Source: a virus (Duplodnaviria; Caudoviricetes). From it: a stretch of DNA of 64,000 nucleotides. The stretch covers positions 6,370 through 70,369 of the IMG/VR virus record IMGVR_UViG_3300032301_000767; one strand, written 5' to 3'. The notes beneath the pieces are model-generated. The model ran no database searches, was not told the origin of the DNA, and saw only the letters and a list, made by a program, of their open reading frames with translations. The translations under genes and the position numbers were made by a program. Positions 39,586 through 47,109 of the stretch are shown here, in pieces (positions within the stretch are counted from its first letter, which is position 1; the number at the start of each line of letters is the position of its first letter).

Positions 39586-40298
39586 TTAAAGGTTTTCTTT
39601 GACCACTTTTTTAAACGATATCCATTTTGAAAAACAGATCGTACTGACAATTGGCTCGCTCTGTTTGCAAGATCAGAGTCTTTATCTTTATTAATTTCGC
39701 TTTCCCAATCATCTCTCTTAAAAGGTATTACTTGTAATAGCGGAGTTCCTTGCTTGATTACACCTTTAAAACCCTTTTCAACAAAAAAAGAAAGATATCC
39801 ATCAGAAGGATATTCGTCGGTATCAATGAGACCTGGTATTGCTCTTATCGGTATGTGGTCTGCGTGTATTGGTGCAATGAATAATGAGCTATAACCTGGT
39901 TCTGTTTTTGCAAGCCACATTGGATGTATTCTTAAAACATCATTGTGGAAGTAAGGTGGTATTGGGTATTCCGATATTTGCTCTTTAAGGTGATGGGCCA
40001 AAAGAAATTTTTGAAACTCCATAACATCGTTTGCAACTTCAAATTTTACTCTTTCTCCAGTAGCATCAATATTTAAATCCATAGGACAAAATAAATAATA
40101 CCCTGCAGCCATTGCATCAAATACAGCTTGGCATTTTTTTACAGTAAGAAGCATGTTTCCGTTATATACTCCATTATCGTTATTCAAATAACTTTCCTGC
40201 TTTTTCCACCACTCTGGTATGTGTTTTTGTATCGACTCTGGCTTAGGAAAAACACCAGCCAGGAATCTGTACTTGGGAATAAATTCTATTTTACTCAT
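39582..40298 (-). CDS. DUF6065-like protein (paralogue of 38103)
   Basis: PEWW...KKCQAVFD...TEPGYSSLFIAP...GLIDTD...IKQGTPLLQVIPFKR. Confidence 0.55.
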   Translation of the reverse strand: MSKIEFIPKYRFLAGVFPKPESIQKHIPEWWKKQESYLNNDNGVYNGNMLLTVKKCQAVFDAMAAGYYLFCPMDLNIDATGERVKFEVANDVMEFQKFLLAHHLKEQISEYPIPPYFHNDVLRIHPMWLAKTEPGYSSLFIAPIHADHIPIRAIPGLIDTDEYPSDGYLSFFVEKGFKGVIKQGTPLLQVIPFKRDDWESEINKDKDSDLANRASQLSVRSVFQNGYRLKKWSKKTFK

Positions 40299-40864
40299 AT
40301 TATAGGCATCCATTTCTGATAGTATTGTCTGTGTAAATATTCAAGTGGTGATATATTTATAACTACCGCCATAAAATCATCGCTTAAATTATTAAAAACA
40401 GCTTTTGTAGATGAATTAAATATCATTAAGCTTGATGGCTCCATATTTATATCATTGTCTTCTACTACTATTCTATCATTATTTGATGAAATAATATATA
40501 GGGCCCAAAATGTAGTTCTAAAATTTGGAGCAAAGTTTAGAGGTACGGATATCGGAATATTTTTATTGTTAATTACTCTACCATATAGATAGGGAAAGCT
40601 TCTTTCAAAATTAATTTTTTCTTCAGCAAATATATTCTTTACAGAAAGGCACACCTCTTTATATATAGAATATATTTCTTTACTATACATTCCAAAAAAA
40701 TTAAATGTGTTTGGATCAACTAAGGATACACGTTTTGCTTTTTTTGATATATTCTTTCCAAAGCCTTTATTTATATCTGCAACATGCTCAAACATGGAGT
40801 CTACCATTTCTAAATAGTTGTGCTTTAGAAAAGCGTTGTCTATGCCATTAACTCTTTTTATCAT
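40295..40864 (-). CDS. Hypothetical protein, probable degenerate paralogue of the HxH oxygenases
   Basis: FNFFGMYSKEIYSIYK and terminal ISPL....YQKWMPI echo 36001/37481, but the metal ligands are absent. Confidence 0.45.
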   Translation of the reverse strand: MIKRVNGIDNAFLKHNYLEMVDSMFEHVADINKGFGKNISKKAKRVSLVDPNTFNFFGMYSKEIYSIYKEVCLSVKNIFAEEKINFERSFPYLYGRVINNKNIPISVPLNFAPNFRTTFWALYIISSNNDRIVVEDNDINMEPSSLMIFNSSTKAVFNNLSDDFMAVVINISPLEYLHRQYYQKWMPII

Positions 40865-41483
40865 CTGGCTCCCAAATACTAAATGAATGCCATGCTGCTG
40901 GCATTATAGGATCTTTATATGGTGCATGCTCTGCTTCTAATAAGACTTGTGGCTTTACCCCGCCCATTATGTTGTCCAGCTCTTCTGGCTTTGATATATC
41001 GACTCTTTTCATAAAAGATATGAGCTTAGTCATTTTTAATTGCAAATCAAATCCAGCCTGTGTGTGTGCACCGCCTTGTCTAACTAATACGTTATAGTAA
41101 AATCTAAAAATAGAGTATCCAAGTATTGCAAGAGAAGAGTTTATTCTTTTTCTTCTCTTTAAAGGTGATGTGTAAAATCTATCACCATAAGCAATATGAC
41201 AATTTTTATCTTTATCATATTGAGCAAACATTATTGAAGCCCATGAATCTGGGTAAGAATTGTTTATAAAATTAGAAAAAACTATAGTTCCAGAAGGTCT
41301 ATCATCATTAAAATAAATACATTCTATTGCTCTAGAACCGTATCTATCATTTAAGATTGTCCACTGTCCCCACGAGCCAGAAAGGTAAACTGGATACCTT
41401 CTAAAGGTAGGAAATATATTTCCTTTATACCAGATTACCCTTCTGAACCCATAAGCAATAAGTTGCTTTAGAGTGTGTAGCAT
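40848..41483 (-). CDS. Hypothetical protein, possible GNAT-like acyltransferase
   Basis: FYTSPLKRRKRINSSL loosely resembles GNAT motif A. Confidence 0.4.
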   Translation of the reverse strand: MLHTLKQLIAYGFRRVIWYKGNIFPTFRRYPVYLSGSWGQWTILNDRYGSRAIECIYFNDDRPSGTIVFSNFINNSYPDSWASIMFAQYDKDKNCHIAYGDRFYTSPLKRRKRINSSLAILGYSIFRFYYNVLVRQGGAHTQAGFDLQLKMTKLISFMKRVDISKPEELDNIMGGVKPQVLLEAEHAPYKDPIMPAAWHSFSIWEPDDKKS

Positions 41484-41486
41484 TAA

Positions 41487-42881
41487 TTATGCTGGTGGAT
41501 TGTTTGGATCAACAGGGTTATCCTGTTGAGATTGCTTCCATTGCTGGTAAAGCTCTTCTAGCGAAGTAGATAGATTTTGTTCTGGCGAGGTTATAACTCC
41601 TGGCGCATTTAAATCTAAAGGCTGTGAATCGTGAACCAATGCATTGTCTGTAAAGAATACGTCGTAAGGCTCGGTGTTAATTGTAATAACTAACTCTTTT
41701 CCTGTTGATTCTCTTAGTTCAATAATTGGCTGCCAGTCTTGGAATGTAGGAGAGAATACTAGATCTGATTCTACTACATCAGTAACATTAACAAACTTTC
41801 CAAGTCCGTCTCTCTTTACAAGTATGTAGTGAGATATGGAGTATTTATTTCCGTTAATAACAATAACTTTGTCAACAATGTGTGCTGATAAAGCAGTAAT
41901 TGTAGTTTCAACTGCTGTGTTTATTACTGGATTCTCTTCAGACCAACCTGCAAAGTATTCTGCAATTGGGACCTCTGTTGCAAGATCTAATCCCTCAATA
42001 TCAGCTGAGTAAAGAACATCTCCTACTGAAAGGTTATGTGCTAGAACTAGTCCTTCTGGGACCTTAGAGCTGATAAGTGTATCTGCACCAATTGATTTAA
42101 CTGGTGTGAAACCAAATGGAGTAAATCCAAACGGAGTAAATCCAAACGGAGTAAAGCCAAACGGAGTAAAGCCAAATGGCGTAAATCCGAATGGGGTGAA
42201 GCCGAATGGCGTAAATCCGAATGGGGTGAAGCCGAATGGGGTAAATCCGAACGGAGAAAATCCGAAAGGAACAAAGCTAAATGCTGTTGTTACGTTTCCA
42301 GATGATCCAGATGTTCCTGAGTTACCATTGGCATTTGTTGCATAAACTGTATAAGTCTGAGCTGAGCCCATTTCTTGACCAACTACTACAGATGTGCTTG
42401 CTGTGTCTCCAGCTTTTCCGTCAGATGCTGCCCAGCGATAGTTTGTAATTCCTTTTCCACCATTTGCTGGGGCTGACCATGAGACGTTGTCTTGTCCAGC
42501 ATTTGGAGAAGAAGCGCTTGGTGCTGAAGGCGTATTTGGAACTGTTGTTGCTGTAACTGAAGCAGAAGCTGCAGACGCAACAGATGTTCCAGAAGCATTC
42601 GACGCCCGAACTGTGAATGTATAACCAGTACCAGACAAAAGTCCTTGTACTGTTAGTGGGGAAGAAGCTCCAGTGGCTGTAAAGCCTCCTGGAGACGATG
42701 TTACAGTGTAAGAAGTAGCAGCAGGCGAATCACCTGGTAAGCTAAAGGATACAGTTACCGCACCATTATTGTATGGACGGTTTGTTCCAACATCTGTTGC
42801 TGATGTAATTGACGGCTGTTTAGGCTCAAGGAAGTCATTGGCTGCCTGTGATCTTTGTCCGAATCTTTTAATAATTGCCAT
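41487..42881 (-). CDS. FN3-domain protein with (FGFTP)n repeats and C-terminal Hint domain
   Basis: Two FN3 domains, 12 pentapeptide repeats, 156-aa Hint-like domain SIGADT...LVHD/S. Confidence 0.85.
   Translation of the reverse strand: MAIIKRFGQRSQAANDFLEPKQPSITSATDVGTNRPYNNGAVTVSFSLPGDSPAATSYTVTSSPGGFTATGASSPLTVQGLLSGTGYTFTVRASNASGTSVASAASASVTATTVPNTPSAPSASSPNAGQDNVSWSAPANGGKGITNYRWAASDGKAGDTASTSVVVGQEMGSAQTYTVYATNANGNSGTSGSSGNVTTAFSFVPFGFSPFGFTPFGFTPFGFTPFGFTPFGFTPFGFTPFGFTPFGFTPFGFTPFGFTPVKSIGADTLISSKVPEGLVLAHNLSVGDVLYSADIEGLDLATEVPIAEYFAGWSEENPVINTAVETTITALSAHIVDKVIVINGNKYSISHYILVKRDGLGKFVNVTDVVESDLVFSPTFQDWQPIIELRESTGKELVITINTEPYDVFFTDNALVHDSQPLDLNAPGVITSPEQNLSTSLEELYQQWKQSQQDNPVDPNNPPA
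42102..42281 (-). repeat. 12 x 15-bp coding tandem repeat (FSFVP, FGFSP, 10 x FGFTP)
   Basis: Units counted in the DNA; variation almost only at synonymous positions. Confidence 0.95.
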
Positions 42882-42902
42882 TTATATATCTCCTAAGTTT
42901 CT

Positions 42903-44654
42903 TTAAGCTGAAAGATCGCCCATTACGATCCATGTATTTGCTGCTCTCTTTAGAAGGGTAGCTGATGACCACTGGGTTCTTAATTTTAATCCTGGTGTTG
43001 CATTAACTGTTACTCCACCTGCACCAGCAATTGAAACTTGGCCAGTACCTGACTGAAGAATATCAATTGATGTTCCAACTGGGTAGTTAACTGTTGCATC
43101 TGCTGGAATTGTAACTGCTACTGCTGAAGCAGAAGAGACTTCAATTAAGTTATCTCTTTCAGTAAGAGATGAAAGTGTGTATGCTGCTGTTTTCTGAATA
43201 ATTGGTGTGCGTGAAGGAACGCCTTCTTTTGTCTGTGTGCCGTCTGTAAACGCTACTCCTGCTGCTGCAACTGTTACTGTGCCAGTAAATGTTGGTGAAG
43301 CAAGTGGAGCCTTTAGAGCAAGGTTTGTTGTTACTGTTGATGCGAAGTTTGCGTCATCACCAAGTGCTGCTGCAAGTTCGTCAAGAGTATTTAGTGCTGC
43401 TGGAGCACCTGTTAATAATGCGTTAACCTGTGATGTTGCATCTGCGATTGCTTCTGATTTAGCAGTTGCAATTGCTGAAGCCTGTGCTGTAGATACTGGC
43501 TTAGCTGAGTCTGCTGTGTTGTCAACATTTGCTAGGCCTACTGAAGACTTTGTAAGTGCTGCTACTGCAGTTGAAACCTTTGTATCTGCTGCAGTACCTG
43601 CTGCTGTAATTGCTTCTGACTTAGCAGTTGCGACATTTGCTGTAGTTGCAAGAAGTGACGTGTCTGCAATTCCGTGAACATTTGTTGTGTCTGCTGTGTG
43701 AACACCAAGAGCTGTATCTGCAGCAGCTATTGCTGCTGTTTGCGCTGTTGAAGATGATGTGTCAGCATAAGACTTTGTTGCAAGAAGTGTTGTATCAGCA
43801 ATTCCATGAACGTCTGTTGTATCTGCTGAGTGTCCTGAAACTGCACCATCTGCATAAGTACGGTCCTGAGTAGACTTGCTGTCTGTGTATGTATTTGCTG
43901 ATGTTCCTGCATTTGTTGCTGCTGTCATAGCAAGACCATGCTGTGTATTTACATATGAAACAGTTTCATCTATTTCTGCATCTGTGTATGTCTTTGCTGC
44001 ATTAAACTTTGTATCTGTGTATGTCTGTGCTGTATCAAACTTTGTATTTGCATAAGTTGTCAAGTCTGTTCTAGCCAAAGAAACGTTTGATAGCGTTGCA
44101 AGCAAAGAAACGTCAGGGATTCCGTGAACATCTGTTGTCTTTGTCTTGTGTACATCTAGAGCCAAAAGATCTTGTGTCTGTAGATACTCTGCATATGTTC
44201 TTGTAGAAATGACAGTTGTATCTATCTCTGATGTAGGAACTTTACCCTGTGCATTAAGAGATGCTACTCCGTTGGCTGCCCCTCTATCATCTAGCGGAAT
44301 GTATGTTGAATCTACTGTATTGCTTAATGAGCTAATAGCTGATGTTACGTATGACCGATTTGCCCATACAGTGTCATCAATTGCAATTGTAATTGTATTT
44401 GCGCCATCGTTGTATGTCTTTGTAAGACCAGTTCCCATTGAAAGGGCTGCGTTAATTGCGTCTTGTGATATTTCGGTAATGCCAGCTGTATCAGCATTAG
44501 CGTATGAAAGCGCTGACCATGTTGCTGTTCCGTTACCAAATTTAAATTTATTTGTGTCTGTTTCAACACCCATTTCTCCTGCTGCCAGGATTGGGTTTGT
44601 TGAGGTCCACTGTGAAGCGGTTCCTCTTCTTACTTGAATTCTTACTGTTGCCAT
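42903..44654 (-). CDS. Tail/head fibre protein with Mtd-N-like N-terminus
   Basis: IQVRRGTASQWTSTNPILAAGEMGVETDT N-terminus, HGIADT repeats, GAPAALNTLDELAAAL motif, WIVMGDL C-terminus. Confidence 0.75.
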   Translation of the reverse strand: MATVRIQVRRGTASQWTSTNPILAAGEMGVETDTNKFKFGNGTATWSALSYANADTAGITEISQDAINAALSMGTGLTKTYNDGANTITIAIDDTVWANRSYVTSAISSLSNTVDSTYIPLDDRGAANGVASLNAQGKVPTSEIDTTVISTRTYAEYLQTQDLLALDVHKTKTTDVHGIPDVSLLATLSNVSLARTDLTTYANTKFDTAQTYTDTKFNAAKTYTDAEIDETVSYVNTQHGLAMTAATNAGTSANTYTDSKSTQDRTYADGAVSGHSADTTDVHGIADTTLLATKSYADTSSSTAQTAAIAAADTALGVHTADTTNVHGIADTSLLATTANVATAKSEAITAAGTAADTKVSTAVAALTKSSVGLANVDNTADSAKPVSTAQASAIATAKSEAIADATSQVNALLTGAPAALNTLDELAAALGDDANFASTVTTNLALKAPLASPTFTGTVTVAAAGVAFTDGTQTKEGVPSRTPIIQKTAAYTLSSLTERDNLIEVSSASAVAVTIPADATVNYPVGTSIDILQSGTGQVSIAGAGGVTVNATPGLKLRTQWSSATLLKRAANTWIVMGDLSA

Positions 44655-44672
44655 TTTGATCTCCTATTTTAT

Positions 44673-44681
44673 ATTATAGCA
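44673..44681 (-). promoter_or_regulatory. Extended -10 promoter TGCTATAAT heading the fibre/tailoring operon
   Basis: Consensus TGnTATAAT 18 nt upstream of ATG 44654; AGGAG RBS. Confidence 0.6.
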
Positions 44682-44695
44682 TTTTTTGTTTTAAA

Positions 44696-45034
44696 CTAGG
44701 CTATTTCGCCTGAGTCAAAAACGAGTGAAGCATTTGTTGATGTCGGTGTTCCGCCATCTGCAAATTTAGTTGCAGTTGTAACTACACCATTTGCCTGAAC
44801 TGTATATACTGGCTGGCCATCATAATCTATTGCTAGACCAATGTCCATCCAAGAAACCATGTCATCACTAGGTATTTGAGAAACCAATGCGATTGGCTCC
44901 CAAATTCCGTTGATGTAAATTTCTAATTGATTCGAGGCTGAGTTAAATGCTACAGGAGTAGACCCCAGTGTTATTTGATTGCCCTCTACTACGAGGCCAT
45001 TCTTTACTCTAAAATTCTTATCCGTTGTTGCCAT
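44696..45034 (-). CDS. Hypothetical virion-associated protein
   Basis: N-terminus MATTDKNFRVKNGLVVEG shared with 45099. Confidence 0.65.
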   Translation of the reverse strand: MATTDKNFRVKNGLVVEGNQITLGSTPVAFNSASNQLEIYINGIWEPIALVSQIPSDDMVSWMDIGLAIDYDGQPVYTVQANGVVTTATKFADGGTPTSTNASLVFDSGEIA

Positions 45035-45098
45035 TTAAGTTCACATATCCCCTAATTGTTTTGTGGGGTTTTGGAAGGACCCCATACCTTTTATTCAA

Positions 45099-46481
45099 TT
45101 ACTTAAGAAGTGTTCCAGATACTTTAACTGTTGAGTTATCTGCTGGAGTTACTCTTATTCTTACATTTGAACCTGATACATCTGCTGTAATAGTTCCTCT
45201 TGATCCATTAGTTCCGACAATTGCATATTCTGTAATTGCTACGTTATCTGATGCATCTAATGTTATTAGAAGTTCTGAAACTTCATTATGTGTTGCGTTG
45301 TCAATCTTAACAAGAACCTTAGCTGAGCGATAATCTGACTTTGCCCACTCATAAGCTGTTCCAGCAACTGATGCTGTCCCAGATGATGAAGCCGCAAATT
45401 GCTTAGCTTGATCATTTACGTTTAGCGCTGTAAATGCTGTTGTTCCTGCTTGCTGAGCTGTGTTAGCAGCTGCTGCTGTTGCTTCCGCTGCTGCTTGTGC
45501 TGCGTTGGCCTTAGTTGTAGCGTCTGCTGCTGCTGCAGAAATTGCTGCTGCTTGAGCTGCGTTAGCCTTGGTTGTTGCGTCAGATGCTGCTGTCGCTACT
45601 GAGGCTGCGTCTCCTGATACTCTGAGAGCTGCTTCTGCGGCTACCTTAGATGCTGCGTCAGCTGCTGCTGCTGTTGCTGCTTCTGATTTTGCAGTTGCAA
45701 TTGCTGTTGTAACATCAGCTGAGTTAGCTTTTGTTGCTAGTGCTGATGTAAGAGTTGTTGTGTAATTAGCATCATCGTTAATTGCTGCTGCTAATTCGTT
45801 TAATGTGTTAAGAAGTGCTGGTGCACCATCTACTAATGAATCTACTGCAGTTGAAATTGCTGTATTACGGTTTGTAACCTCTGTTGAGATTGCAGTTGAA
45901 AGTGCTGCTGCTGCAGTAGCTTCTGCTCCTGCCTTTGCTGCATTTGCCTTAGTTGTAGCGTCTGCTGCTGCTGCAGAAATTGCTGCTGCTTGAGCTGCAT
46001 CTGCCTTGGTTGTAGCGTCTGCTGCTGCTGCAGAAATTGCTGCTGCTTGAGCTGCGTTGGCTTTAGTTGTTGCATCTGCTGCTGCAGTTGAAACTGAAGC
46101 TGCATCGCCTGATACTCTAAGTGCTGCTTCTGCAGCTACCTTTGTTGTGGCATCTGCTGCGGCTGTTGAAATTGCAGATGATGCTGCGGCATTTGCTTTT
46201 GATGTTGCATCTGCTGAAGCGGTAGCCTCTGCTGCTGTCCGAGCTGCTGCTGCAGAACCTGCTGCATCAAATACGCCAGACTTTACGGATAGCTTTCCAG
46301 CTCCGTTTACTTCAAGCTGTGTAGACTCTACTGATTTTACAAGAGTTGCACCGCCAACAAGATTAAGAATATAATTATCTGATCCTGTTTCTGTAAGTAT
46401 ATTTTGGCCATTGATTGTACCTGTTGTACCTTCAACAATGAGGCCAGACTTAATTCTAAAATTCTTTACTACTGTTGCCAT
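45099..46481 (-). CDS. Ala-rich repetitive fibre protein
   Basis: Repeats of AAADATTKANAAQAAAIS; GAPALLNTLNELAAAI motif; C-terminal beta domain. Confidence 0.75.
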   Translation of the reverse strand: MATVVKNFRIKSGLIVEGTTGTINGQNILTETGSDNYILNLVGGATLVKSVESTQLEVNGAGKLSVKSGVFDAAGSAAAARTAAEATASADATSKANAAASSAISTAAADATTKVAAEAALRVSGDAASVSTAAADATTKANAAQAAAISAAAADATTKADAAQAAAISAAAADATTKANAAKAGAEATAAAALSTAISTEVTNRNTAISTAVDSLVDGAPALLNTLNELAAAINDDANYTTTLTSALATKANSADVTTAIATAKSEAATAAAADAASKVAAEAALRVSGDAASVATAASDATTKANAAQAAAISAAAADATTKANAAQAAAEATAAAANTAQQAGTTAFTALNVNDQAKQFAASSSGTASVAGTAYEWAKSDYRSAKVLVKIDNATHNEVSELLITLDASDNVAITEYAIVGTNGSRGTITADVSGSNVRIRVTPADNSTVKVSGTLLK

Positions 46482-46506
46482 TTATATGACTCCTCTTACT
46501 GCTTTA

Positions 46507-47058
46507 TTATATTTTTATTGCTGTTCTTGTAAATCTAGCGGTTATAGAACCAGAAACTGGAGCTACCTTAAAACTAATTATACCTGAATTTTGTTCAAAT
46601 GTATAAGTAAATAGACTTGTATTTGTGTTGGATACAATGTCGGATTCTACAACATGAACATCTACTCCATCGCTTACTGCTGTCAGATTAGATCTGTAGA
46701 AATATGCATTTTTTGTTATCTGTAAAGAGTACTGAACGCTTCTCCATGTATCTACTGCAAAGTGATCTATCTGAGTAGGATTTTCAATACCAGTTACTTC
46801 AAGATCATTGTTTCCCTCTAGTCCCAAAAGCGTAGAAATAGTATCAGTGTTGTTTGTTATATTAGCGACTGCTGTAGAAAGGTTGTTTACCTTATACGTG
46901 ATTGTGGAGCTGTCCGCAGAATTTGTGACTCCAAGAACATTTTCGATTGCCTCAATAGCATCATTAGCGTTGGCATGCTGTGCAGCATGCCCCGTTAGCT
47001 CATCTGTTGCTGCTGGGTTTGATAGGTTGTCTTTTGATGTAGGAAATGAAGTTGCCAT
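46507..47058 (-). CDS. Hypothetical virion-associated protein
   Basis: MATSFPTSKD..NP...HAAQHANANDAIEAIE N-terminus; C-terminal domain similar to 45099. Confidence 0.65.
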   Translation of the reverse strand: MATSFPTSKDNLSNPAATDELTGHAAQHANANDAIEAIENVLGVTNSADSSTITYKVNNLSTAVANITNNTDTISTLLGLEGNNDLEVTGIENPTQIDHFAVDTWRSVQYSLQITKNAYFYRSNLTAVSDGVDVHVVESDIVSNTNTSLFTYTFEQNSGIISFKVAPVSGSITARFTRTAIKI

Positions 47059-47109
47059 TGCCCCCCCTTGTAAAATATGTACTAGTGTTAATTATATCAG
47101 AATTTATTA

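Noticed and set aside
42102-42281. 15-bp tandem repeats as a CRISPR array or non-coding VNTR
   Set aside because: There are no spacers; the units are in frame and vary synonymously, so this is a coding peptide repeat.
42106-42345. Plus-strand ORF with (K/N)PNGV repeats, and the similar 47447..47821 and 42047..42274 ORFs
   Set aside because: These are antisense or alternate-frame shadows of the FGFTP tract; wobble variation is silent only in the minus-strand FGFTP frame.
45460-46270. Ala-rich DNA repeats and poly-Gln alternate-frame ORFs
   Set aside because: Explained by coiled-coil repeats of the 45099..46481 fibre protein.
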